Assembly (NCBI GenBank): GCA_013239625.1
Contig: MU053933.1
Location: 2,841,798 to 2,904,914 of the forward strand
Origin: Lama guanicoe
Lineage: Eukaryota
Length of the DNA stretch: 63,117 nucleotides
Direction: 5' to 3'
The notes beneath the pieces are model-generated. The model saw only the letters and a list, made by a program, of their open reading frames with translations. It did not search any database and had not been told where the DNA came from. Shown piece by piece: positions 1 to 55,600 of the stretch; positions within the stretch are counted from its first letter, which is position 1, and each line of letters begins with the position of its first letter. The position numbers and the translations under genes are program-made.

Positions 1-719
1 GAGGGGGAGGCGGGGGGGTGCAGAGAAGGAGGGGAGGGGAGGCAGGATCTGGGGCTCTCATTCTGAGTGGGCAGCACAAGTCACCTGGAAACACTCCAAA
101 CTGCACTTGAATCTGCCTCTCTGACCCCCTTCAGACGTGGTGGGGAGAGGGCTGGAGGAGGCGGCAGGCCACGGGGTGGGGGCAGGCACCTCCCTCATAA
201 GGGGCTCTTTCAGGAATGTGGCCTGTGTGTCCCTCAGCGTCTCAACTGAGTCCTCCCTTTGGCCTTTTGTCTCTTCAGGGCGTGTGGATGAGTGAGTGAA
301 TGAAGGAATGACTGAGGGGGGACAGGGACAGGGGTGCAGGGCCCCCCCAACCCGGGGCCTGTGGTGCTTCCTCAGCTCGTCCGAGGGCTCTCTGGGCCCA
401 GACCTGGGAGAACAAAGCTCTTTCAGAAATGCAGCATCTTTCCCAGTTACTTGCGTTTCAACGGTCTCAGACGGTGTCCCTCGAAACCCGATTTCCCGCC
501 TCTGTCCCGACAGGCAACTCGGGAAGGTTATTCAACCTCCGTGATGAGCACAGACCCCAGAGGAGCCAGCGCCCACCGGCCCCTCCTCCTGGACGGGAGC
601 TCTGTCCAGGGCCCTGAGGCTCCGGCCTGTGTCCCCAGGGGCTGGGCCGGGGCGGGGCCTGCTGCAGCCACAGCCCGCCCGGGGAACCTGGTCTACACCA
701 CAGGCTTTCTGGGTGCCAC

Positions 720-920
720 TGTGTGTGTGAGCGAGCGTGTGAGCGTGTACATGTGTGGGAGTGTCTTTGCATGTGTGAGTGTGCTGTGTGTGCACTCGGG
801 CCTGCATGTCATCGTGTGAGCGTGTGCAGAAGTGCATGCGTACTGTGCGTGCGTGCGGGCACACGTGTGTGCACATGAGCAGGCACACGTGTGTGTACGT
901 GAGTGTGCATGCGTGTGCAG
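720..920. repeat. Degenerate (TG/CG/CA)n alternating purine-pyrimidine tract
   Basis: Runs such as gtgtgtgtgagcgagcgtgtgagcgtgtacatgtgtg. Confidence 0.8.
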
Positions 921-3419
921 GGAGCCCCAGTGAGCAGCACTCGACAGGCCGCTTCCTGGTGGGAGTGGAGGCCTGGGGCCGAGCTGCGCAGGCGTTTTCC
1001 AGGGAAGGACGACGCTGAAGCTCTAGAAGGGCTTGGAGGTGGCCTTGGCCTCTGGAAGGTGGGCAGGAAGGGCAGGGTCTGGAGGGTCGTGGGGTGGGCG
1101 CTCAGAGCCCCTGCGGGAACGTGGTCCCTCCTCCCGAGAATGGGGAGTTGCACAAATGAACGCAGGGCTGGCCCTCTGAGTGGTCCCGGGGCCCGAGACC
1201 CCGGGTGGGTCTGAGGACCCCGGGACCACAGGGTGGATGAGCGGGGCCCCTCCCGGGTGTGTCAGCAGCTCTGCCTCCAGTGGCCTAGAGTTCCCTGTTC
1301 TGTACATACTGGGAGAGGGGAAGGGCCTTTGGAACTTCTGTCCTGAGATTTTCCGGAGACTTTGAGGCATAACATCACATTAGCGGCAATGAATAGCAGA
1401 GACTGTTTTCTGGGCGTTTCCAAGAATTCTGGGATCGGAGGATTGATGACAGGGAAAGTCCTCGCTGAGACGCAGATGTTGGCACATGGGGTGGCCCCTG
1501 CCTTTCTCTTGAGAAGGGGACACAGTGTTCAGCTGTCCTGAGACATGAGTTCTGATCCCAGACAGCCAAGCCTTGCCCCTTGGATGACTCATCAGTGGCA
1601 CCCTCGGTGTCCTGAGCTGGGGGCATGTCCTCAGGGCTGTCTCACTTGACCTGCCCTCACTGCCCGGACCAGCCCTGGGGAGGGGCAGCTGAGACCCCCG
1701 GCCGCAGCCTGGAGAAGGCAGGTTGTGGGGACTGGACAGCTGGCATGTGGGGCACACGTGGGGTCTGGCGGGGAACGTGGAGGTAGAGGCTCTGTGAGCG
1801 TGTGAGCGCGTGGGCACGGTGTTTGTACAAGCAAGTGCTGGGCAAGCGTGGACGCCTCTCCTGGGCTCTGACCTGGAGCTTGGACCCCCGGCCGTGGCTT
1901 CCTTACCAGAAGTGCTGCCAGCCCCGTGGTGCGCGGGCCTACGAGGAAGGCGTGGCACCCGGCCCGGCGGGTGTGGGAGCCCTGCATCACAGACGGGCTG
2001 CTGGGTGGTCAGGGTGGGACGGAGCTTAAGCCGGCCCTGCCCCCGGGGTCCTTGGGTTGTGGGGAAAGCCCACCCCACCCCCATCCCCGGCTGCCTGGGG
2101 CCCCTCCTGGTTGGGGAGCTCCTGGGGCAGCACTGAGGGTGGGCGCTGGGTGGGGAGGGTGGCAGCAGCCATCAAAGTCAGATGCGGACACAGACGGGGA
2201 ATCCCAGGCAAGGCTGTGCCGGACAACCAGGGCCTCCTCCCCAAACCCCGAAGCAGGTGCCTGCAGGGCTCAAGGCCACAGGGGCATCCTTTCAGCGTCT
2301 TGGATGGAAGAGTTGTGTTGGCCAAGGTTGCACAGAGGGGCGGAGTCGGGACCCCGCGGGAGGGGTCCAGCTGTAGGCCCGCCTGGCTGACCTGGAGCAG
2401 GGAGCCCTGGAGGGGCGCCGGGCGACGCCTGGAGGGAGCTGGCGCCCAGGGGCTGCGGGCTGGGCCTGCTCACCCAGCCCCACCTTGTGGCCTCCGCACA
2501 GCCCCCGACCCTGCCCGCGAGCCGAGCTCTGAGGTGTGTGTTCAGCGGGGAGGACGTCTGTCTGGGACCGTCGGTATAGCTGAGACCCGTGATCTCACTC
2601 TGGCTTCATGCTGGCTCCCAGCTGCTCCTGTGCGCTGGGCCTTTGGAGCAGTTCTCAGGAGTCAGTCGGAAACCCCTGTGGGCCTGGAGGCCCGGGTGAG
2701 GACTCTGACACTGGTGTGGCTGCCCAAGAGCAGGGTTCTAGCCGATGGAGACAGAGGACCCGTGCCTCCGAGCGGGTTTTAGGAGTGAAACAGGAAAAGA
2801 GGCCAACACTCCCAGCCAGCGGGTGGTCTCCGGTGAGATGAAGGGAGGGCAGGCCGGGCGTCTGCAGGGGAGCCGGCTGGGGCTGGGCAGCTCTGAGTAG
2901 GCCCCCGGGGGCCGGGGACCGAGCGCCCGCACAGCTTCTCAGACTTGGTGGGACAGCTGGGACAGAAGGACGGACTTGCCGCAAGTCGAGCTGTTTCAGT
3001 TCCAGTTTGGCCACAGAGTGGTGGCCCATGGCCAGGCTTCCGGGCTGTTCTCAGTCAGAGCGGCTCCAAGTGCAGAGGGCCATGGGCGGGGTGTGCTGGG
3101 GGCTCAACCAGTGTCTGAGGGTCCCAGGCCTGCCCAGGGCAGATGTCCTGCGGGGCTGTGCCAGGCGCTTTCTCTTGGTGCCAGGCCCTGCAGGCTGCAG
3201 GGAGAGGAGGGAGCTCTTTCTCAAAGCTTCAGAGCACCCAGGAGCCCCTGCCTCACCCCAGGGGACTGACCAGCGTGCTGGCCGGGAGCCCCTGTGCCCG
3301 GGCGCCTGCGCAGGGACTCGGCGGCAGTCTGCGAGGCCCAGGGCCTTCTCCAGCCCCAGTGGAGGGAGGTGGGACCCCCACTGCATGCTGTCCATGCCCC
3401 TTGGCCCCAGGGGTCTGCA

Positions 3420-3642
3420 GCTGTTTAAGGATATGTGAGAGGTTCTCAAGGGTGCCCGGCACCTTGGGTGGAGGCTCCTGTCTGTCTTTCCTCCGTGGGA
3501 GGGAGAGGGAAGAGGAGGAGCCATCTGGATGTGTGAATGGGGAGCTGCCTGCTGGCCTGTGGGCGGGAGGCGGAGCGGGCTGGCCCCACCTCCGGACGGC
3601 AGAGGCGGCCCGCTGCTCCTGCTCTGCGGTGCACACAGCCTG
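3420..3642 (+). promoter_or_regulatory. COL18A1: COL18A1 promoter 2 / 5' UTR region (medium and long isoforms)
   Basis: Directly upstream of the signal-peptide ATG; GC box GGGCGG at 3561; no TATA box. Location inferred from the known two-promoter architecture. Confidence 0.6.
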
Positions 3643-47814
<44,172 letters not shown>

Positions 47815-47993
47815 GGCCTCTGTTGGCTCCGCGGACAGGACGGACAGACAGATGGCCAGCGAGGAGGCCAGGCGGCAGGCCGGGAGCATGGAGGTGCCCC
47901 CTGGCCGGGCAGGGAGCCTCGCCGGCGCTCCCAGGGAAGGGACCTGGCTGGGACACTTCCCTGTATGGTTCACCTTTCATGTAATCCTCAAGA

Positions 47994-47999
47994 AATAAA
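47994..47999 (+). terminator. COL18A1: COL18A1 proximal poly(A) signal AATAAA
   Basis: AATAAA 180 nt after the stop, with upstream TGTA and downstream GT/T-rich gagtgtatttttt. Confidence 0.75.
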
Positions 48000-49310
48000 A
48001 GGAAGCCAAAGAGTGTATTTTTTAAAAAGTTTAAAACAGCCTGGTGCCAAGACTCTTCCGTCCCTCCCGGGGCCCTGCCCAAGCTGGCCAGGCTGCTCAC
48101 GCGGGGGCCTCGGTGCTGGTGGAGCCATAATTGGACCAGGGGCAGACCTGGCCCTCTCTCTGCAGGAGGCCGACTCGAACCTACTGCCCAGGGAGGCGTG
48201 TTCCCAGGGCCTCCCGGGTGCCCAGCAGGGCCCTCGGCCACCCCAGGCATCCTGTCCCGCCCTCCTCCTCACGCACAAATCTCAGGCCTGTTTGCAGAAC
48301 AGCCGTGAGGAGGTGCTGGGAGCTGCCCCACAGCCCCCTCCTCCCTCTCACCACCAGGCCCAGGAGCTGTGCAGGAGCAGAGAAGGGGCCCTCCCTCCCT
48401 CCCCAGCTGACAAGCGGCAGAACAGCTCAGTCACTGCGTGTGAGGGAAGACAGACCCCTTTCCTTAGCCTCGTGTAGTTCAACGCCCCACTGCTGACCCC
48501 GGGTTCCAACCCCTGCGCCCCCCCTCCACTGCTGGGAGCAGAGCCTGTGTGTCCCCTGGGCAGCTCTGCCACATGGGGCTGTCTGCGGGCCTCTCTTCCA
48601 TGCTGGCTTCTTGGGTGACCCCTGTGGCCACACCCAGTGAAGGACCTGACCCCCTACCCTGGCTGTGCTGAGGGAGTTTGGAGGGTCCGTGAATGAGGGC
48701 GTGGCAGTGCCCCACCCTGACCTCACACACAGCTCCTCCCCCAGGGCGAGGACCCCAGCTCAGCGCCCGCCCAGCTTTCCTCAGGAGCACACCCTGGGGC
48801 CCAGCTGGGCCAAACTCGGGCACCCCCAAAGCCCTGGGTCCAAACCGCTCCCTGTTGGGCTTGGCGCCAGCATCTCAGGTTCACCTCTGCAGGACACGGA
48901 GCTCAGAAAACCTCAGAGACAAAGGGGACAGCCACACATGCCCCGCCTGGACATGGCTCACAGCCCCCTGGGCCTGCCCAGCGGAGCCTCAGGACGGGTG
49001 AGGCTGCACAGAGGGGTCAAAGCTGGCCCGGGACAGGATGGGGCCACGTCCGCGGGTGGGCCCTGTGCAGGCGGGGTGAAGGCTGCTTGTGCCCAGGCCC
49101 CTGCTCACGACTGCTGTACGAGCGTGACGGGAAAATCTTTGTGGTCGTCCTTCTCTTGGGAAGAATGAAGGGGACGTTTTAGGGTGCATGTAGGCATCTC
49201 TGGGGGAGCTGGTGGGGTGGCCAGAGCCCAGGCTGTGCTGTCTGAGCACTGTGACTACACTAGAGGGGCTGGTCCTGTTAACTGTGTGTGTGGTTTTCAA
49301 ACAGGCTCCA

Positions 49311-49316
49311 AATAAA
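49311..49316 (+). terminator. COL18A1: COL18A1 distal poly(A) signal AATAAA
   Basis: AATAAA followed by tgttt/cttggttt/gtttt, in an AT-richer patch ~1.5 kb after the stop. Confidence 0.7.
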
Positions 49317-49424
49317 AATGACTGTTTACCCTGATGCTTGGTTTGCAAGCAGTTTTCATGTCACGAAAACTCGGGAGCCTCTGTCCCGGATAGCCCAGCC
49401 AGGCAACCCTACAGGAGGAGTACG

Positions 49425-49480
49425 GGTGTGCAGGTGCACTCGGGTACACACAGGTGTGCAGGTGCACTCGGGTACACACA
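49425..49480. repeat. 2 x 28-bp perfect tandem repeat
   Basis: ggtgtgcaggtgcactcgggtacacaca twice. Confidence 0.95.
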
Positions 49481-49513
49481 GATACGTGTGGATTTGCACG
49501 GTGTTCAGGTAAA

Positions 49514-50543
49514 CAGCTCTCCTTCAGTATCCGTGGAGGACTGACTCCAGGACTCCCGTGGATGCCAAAACCCCAGGTGCTCAAGGCCTTATATAAAACG
49601 GTGTGGTATTTACATATAACCTACACACAGCCTCCCACATACTTTTTTCCTAATTTTTTAAATTGAAGTCTAGTTGATTCACAATGTTGTGTTAGTTTCT
49701 GATGTGCAGCAAAGAGACTCAGTCACACGCATATTCGTTTCCAGATTCTTTTCCCTTATGTTTAATGACAGGATATTGAATACAGCTCCCTGTGCTGGAC
49801 AGCAGGACCTGTTTATTCTGTACACAGTAGCTTGTATCTGCCAACTCCCAATTTATCCCTCCCCCTTTCCCCCTTTGGTAACTGTAGTTTGTTTTCTGTG
49901 TCTGTGAGTCTGCTTCTGTCTTGTAAACAAGGTCATTTGTATCACTTTTTTTTTGTACCACCCATAAGTGATACCATGATATTTGTCTCTCTGACTTACT
50001 CAGTATGATCATCTCCAGATCCATCCATGTGGCTGCAGATGGCATTACTTCATTCTTTTCATGGCTGAGTAGTGTTCCATTGTGTACATACACCACGGGT
50101 GCTTCATCCAGTCAGCTGTCAGTGGGCATTTAGGCTGTTTCCATGTCTTGGCTGTTGTAAATAGTGTTGCCGTGAGCACTGGGGTGCAGGTGTCTTTTCA
50201 AATTTGGGTTCCCTCTGGGTATACGCCCAGGAGTGGGATTGCTGGATCATAGGGTAAGTCTACTTTTAGTATTTAGTATTTAGTATTTCAGATGGACATT
50301 TATGTTGTTGCCATGTCCTCTCATACACTTTAAATCATCTCTAGATTACTTACAATACCTAATACAATAAAAATGCTACGTAAATGGTTGTAAATACAAT
50401 GTAAAGGCCAGGTACTTACTGGCCAGCACGTGGCAAATTCAAGTTTTGGTTTTTGAAACTTTCTTGAATTTTTAAAAAATATTTTCAAGCTGTGGTTGGT
50501 TGAATCCTCAGCTGTAGAACCCACAGATTACGTAGGGGCTCTG
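49514..50543 (+). mobile_element. MER2/MER2B-like Tigger MITE, split by an L1 (arms 49514-49645 and 50317-50543)
   Basis: gtatccgtggaggactgactccagga..cttatataaaacgg..catataacctac and tttaaatcatctctagattactt..ggttggttgaatcc match the MER2 consensus. Confidence 0.85.
49646..50316 (-). mobile_element. 5'-truncated cetartiodactyl-type L1 3' end
   Basis: ttgaagtctagttgattcacaatgttgtgttagtttctg..aatttatccctcccc..tccatccatgtggctgcagatggcatta; degenerate 15-bp TSD cctcccacatacttt / cctctcatacacttt. Confidence 0.88.
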
Positions 50544-52401
50544 GCACACGGATGTGCGACGTACAGCGGGGTGTGCTGGTGTACGTGGGTATACACAGAG
50601 GCGCACAGATGTGAGCAGGTGTACAGCGGCATGAGACAGACATGGGTGTACACACGTGTGCATGGATGTGCCCTACACACAGCCACTTCTCTCTCAGTGT
50701 CTCCCTGGGGGTGGCTAGCAGTCTTCACAGGCTTGTCAGAGCCATGCAGATGGTCTGTACCCTGGGCTCCCAGACCCTGCGCCGCTTTCCCCCACGGCTG
50801 CTGCAGCTCGCTGGGGCCCAGGACATGTCTGACTCCAAGAGGTCGTGGGCACTGATGCCCTAGGAGCTCGGAAGCAAGAGAAACGTCAGCTTGGCAGAGG
50901 CCGAGCGCGGGGCCCTGGCGGTGGTGGGGAGGCTGCAGAGGGAGCAGGTGGAGCTGGAGGACCCGGCGCCGACCACCCGCTGCCAGGAGGGTGCTGGTGG
51001 GGTAGGGGTGGGGGGGCAGGGGGAGGGGCACAGAGCAGAGCCCGCCTCCTGGGGCCAGCAGCCAGAGGCGAGCCCCCTCCCCATCAAGCCCCGCCAGCTT
51101 TCCAGGCATGGAGGGGTGCGGAGCTGGGACCCTGGACTCCACGTGGCCCCTTTCCACAGGGCCTTGGGGTGGCTGTGCAAGCCTGCATGCACAAGCCTAG
51201 GGGGCACCTGCCCTGCGCAGCCCCCACCGTTGGCCGTGACTTGGGCCTCCTTCCGGACCCATCGGGTGTCCGAGATGCCCCCCTCGCCTAAGGCGACCCC
51301 AGAGGACCCCGGTCCGGCAGCCCCTCCTCCGCCCAGGGTCCTGCTCTGAACTTGGCGCAGCACCTGTTCTGTACGGGGGACCCTGCCCTGCACAAGGGCT
51401 GAGGTCATGGGACAGGCAGGGCTCAGCTCAGGACAGGGTGTGGGTCCTTGCTTGTGGCTGGGGGCGGGGCGGGGACCTCTCCTGGCCTCCCGATGGGCCA
51501 CATGGAGTCAGGAGCCCGAATGACGCATCTGGGGACAAGCAGGCTGCGTTGCATCTCAGGAAGCAAGGCTGGCTCCAGGCCCCGTGGCAGTGCCCATTGG
51601 CACCGGCCAGGCCCCTCTGGGCGTCTGAGGCAGATCATGTCAGCCCACGTCAGGTGCGAAGGAGGGACAGGGGGCCTGAGGGGAAGAGCGGGACCAAGGA
51701 GCCTGGGCTGCTTTCCACCAACGGGAGACACCGCCACCCGCCATGTTGGCTTCTCCCCGAGAAACACTCCAAACGAGGGTTCTCATACAAGTTTTTTTAA
51801 AAAAGGAACAGAGAATCATCTAAACTGCAAGCACCTGGACGACTAGAAACATCTCAGTTTAGCCATGAGCCCAGGAACAGGGCTCTCCCCCTGCCTGCGG
51901 GGTCCAGGACACCCTGTGGGGGGCTAGGGCCCCAGGCTGGCTTCTGGGACCACCTTGCCTGCTCCTGAGGACAAGTGGGACCTGCCTCCCAAGGCGGGGA
52001 GGCCTGGTGGGCACGTGAAGCCCCACTACTGGCTGCGTGTAGGCAGTGACAGCAAACTAGCCCGTGGTGGCCAGGCAGCTGGCCGAGTATCCCTGGCCGC
52101 GGGTGGGCCACGGCCAGGGTGAGAGCCAGGGCTGAGGGGTGCCAGGCTCCGGCTGCCACGGGACCAGCCAAGGGCTCCCCGCTGAGGTGGGTGGCCCTCG
52201 AGGTGGGGGCCACGGGGACAGACCACTCGGGGCCCGCCAGTCACTGGCTCCACCATCTCAACACTGGAATTTGGACGGTGACGAAAACCCGGCTGCAGGC
52301 ACGTGTTGGCTGAGAGGTCAAGACCCCAAGCTCGGGCTGCCTCTGGCGTCAGGAACCTGGCGGCCCGGGCGGGCCAGGAGAGCAGCTCAGGTGGGTGAGG
52401 G

Positions 52402-52671
52402 TCAGGCCTTGGCCTCGGGCTGCCGGCTCTGCTCTGGGGAGACCGGCCCCACGGCCTCCACGCCATCCTCCGGGGCCAGGGGCCGGGCTCCGGGCTGCAG
52501 GCTGCCCAGGGCCCCGTCCTGCACGGCCTTCTCCTGCACGGGGCTCCTCAGTTCCTGGGCTGGCGGCAGGGGCTGGTGGCTGCCCCGTCGGAGGTGCTGC
52601 AGCCCCACCAGCACGGCCGCGAAGAAGTAGGCGACAAAGAGCACCAGGAAGTACATGAAGTAGACGAGAAA
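52402..52671 (-). CDS. SLC19A1: SLC19A1 last coding exon (TM12 and cytoplasmic tail)
   Basis: tggcag|FLVYFMYFLVLFVAYFFAAVLVGL..PEAKA TGA; 270 nt. Confidence 0.93.
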   Translation of the reverse strand, partial: FLVYFMYFLVLFVAYFFAAVLVGLQHLRRGSHQPLPPAQELRSPVQEKAVQDGALGSLQPGARPLAPEDGVEAVGPVSPEQSRQPEAKA

Positions 52672-55600
52672 CTGCCAACAGAGAGGGCAAAGTGAGGGCG
52701 GGACACACCAGACCCCACTCAATAGCCGCGGGGACACAAGGCTGGGCGCCGGGGGTCACGGGGGCGGGAGCAGGCCCAGCCCGTCCCCTCACTCAGCAGT
52801 CCGCACACCCAGTGCTCTGCGATCTGCCCCAGGGCACTGTGATCAATTTGTTGACAGCAACGTGTGCTCTGCTCTGGGGCCAAGTCCTCCCGGACACCCG
52901 CGCAGGCAGGCACAGTGCAGTCTGGTGGAGGACAGGCAGCCCAGGTCGCCTGGCCGGGGCCCCACGGCCTGCACAGAGCCACGTCCACCCCGACCAGTGA
53001 GGCCGCCCACCAGCGCTGCTCGCAGGAATGTCCCTCCCGGTCCTCAGGCCGCTGGGGGCAGGGGTCCAGGGTGGTCTCCCTTGCCTGTGGGCCAGACTGG
53101 ACATGAGTCCTGCCCACAGCCCCAGATCTCTGCTCCCTGGTGGTCTCCCGGAGCCCCTCCGCACCGGCACACTTGGCCCCTCTAAGAAAGTTCATTTTCA
53201 AAAGAAAAACCAGGAAACGAGCCATCGGGGACTTTGCTTCCAGGAGGATGCAGCTGGCGCGTCTTGTCTGTTCCTCCCCCAAGTATGCCCGAACCAGGTA
53301 AGAGCACAGAGCACACACGTGGGAAGGTGACGCTGAGAGCGGGCGGGGCAGACCAGCGCGGGCCCGGAAGCCCGAGGCAACAGCACTGTGTTCCCTGGGC
53401 TTTTTTCTCTCTGCTGCGTGTATTGTAAAAGGACCCAAGGAAGCCAGCAAACAAGAAATGCCAGACACAGGAAGAAAAACAACAAAAGTAGCTCTTTCTG
53501 GCTGAAGGACCAGGAGACGGACCACACCACCCAGCAGGACAGGACACTGAGAGCCGGGAGCCACTCTACTCCAGCCAGACCCCACCTTCACGACCCAGGC
53601 TATAATGAAGCCCCCACCCCTGTCAGGTAGAGGTGGTCACGGCCTGGTGGGGAGACGGAGTGCTCCCCCTGCAGAGACCACTAGGAGAGCTCGGACTTCC
53701 ACTCCCACCAGGTGGTGTCCCTTCCCTGGCAGCGTCAGGACTCTCACCAGCTGGCAGCAGCTGTGAGAATGCCCCTCCCCCCAGTGGTGTCACTGGAGGT
53801 CACATGGGGGCTGGACCTCCCATCCCCACCAGCAGGAAGGAGGAGCCCCCACCCACCCCTCAGTGTGAGGAGGGCGGAGCAGGGGACCCGGACGTCCCCA
53901 CCACTTGGCTGTATCGAGGTGCATGCCCCCTCCCCTCCACCAGGGCAGTGTCAGCAAGAGCCAGGTAAGACAGAGAAATTAACACCTCATAACAGGTTCT
54001 CATGACATAGGACTCAACATGTTCAGGTTTCAATAAAAAAGTCATTCAGCATAGTCAGAATCACAAAGACCTCTAAGTGAATGGAATACAATCAGCAGAC
54101 ATCAATTCCAAGGTGACAGAGATTTTTAAAGTATCTGAGAATGATTTAAAAGTAGCTATATAGAAATACTTCAAAAGATCATAACAAACATGCTTAAAAC
54201 AAATGAAAAACAAATCTCAGAAAATAGAAGAGATAAAGGAGAAGTTAGAACTGAAAAATACAATAACCGAAATGAAAACTCAGCAAACGGTCTCAACAGC
54301 AGCATGGAGCTGGAAGACAGAACAACAGAAATCACCAAGTCTGAACAACAGAGAGAAAGCAGACCAAAAAAAGAAAAGAAAAGAAAAAAAAAAAAGAGCC
54401 TCATTCTCTAGGGACTGTATGATACAAGATGTAACACTGCGTCATGGGAGTAAAACAAGAAGAGAGAAAGAGGAGGGAGCTGAAAAGTACCTAAGATGGC
54501 TGAGAACTTTGCAAATTTGGCAAAAGACATGCGCCACAGAGTCAAGAACCTGAAGGAACCCCAAACAGGACAACTCCCCCAACAAAGCATACCAACACAT
54601 ACCATGTTCCAATTTTGAAAGCGAAGCACAAAGAAGAAGAAAAAGGAAAAATCTTGAAAGTAGCTGGAAAAAAATGACACCTTAGGGGGAAAAATTAGAA
54701 TGACAGTGGATTGTTCATCAGAAACCAGGAAGGTCACAAGGAAATGACACATTTTTCACTATTGAGAGAAAAAACTGTTAACCCAGAAGCCTATTCCATT
54801 GAAAATGTCCTTCAGGTGTTAAAAATAAATCAGGACATTCTCAGATGAAGAAAAACTAAGAGAGCAATTTGTCACCAGCAGGCCTGCCCTAAAAGAATGG
54901 CTACAGGAGGTTCTAAACAGAAAGAAAATAGTAAGGAAGCTTGAAACATCAGGAAGGAGAAAGAACACAGTGAGTAAAACTGCTGGTAGACAGACGCCCA
55001 CCTCTCCGGTTTCCTAAATGCGTGATCCTGAAGCAAAGCTTGCAGCCTCGCCTCAGGTGGCTCTGACGGCACGTGGAGGAAGTAAGACACTCGGACTATG
55101 AACCCTGGAGGGGAAAGTGACACGAAGGTGAGACCTCAATTCTGCACTCCAACTAGCCATTTAACACAGAAGGCAACCACCAAAAAAGCAATTCCAAGAG
55201 ATACACTCAAAAACACAACGCAGAAACCAAAACGAAATCCTGAAGAATGTGTAAATAACCTAGAGAAAGACGCACACACATACACGCGCGCACGCACACA
55301 CAGAAACAAAAGTAGAGGCAATAAAGGGAAAACAAAAAATGAAACGGCAGACATAAGTTCTAACACATTAACGATCACACTAAATATCAGTGGTCTAAAT
55401 AAACCTTATATAACAGATTAGCAGAGTGGATTAAAAAACACGGCGACCGTATGCTGTCTGCAAGAAGCTCATTTCAAATACAACAATATAGTTAGGCTAA
55501 AAGTGAAAGGATGGAAGAGGATCCATCGTGTAAACATTAATCAAAGGAGAGCAGACCGGCTATATTAGCATCAGGCAGATTTCACAGAGAAGGAAACACC

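Noticed and set aside
47890-47910. CTCF-like motif in the COL18A1 3' UTR
   Set aside because: Mismatched core; such matches are frequent by chance in GC-rich DNA.
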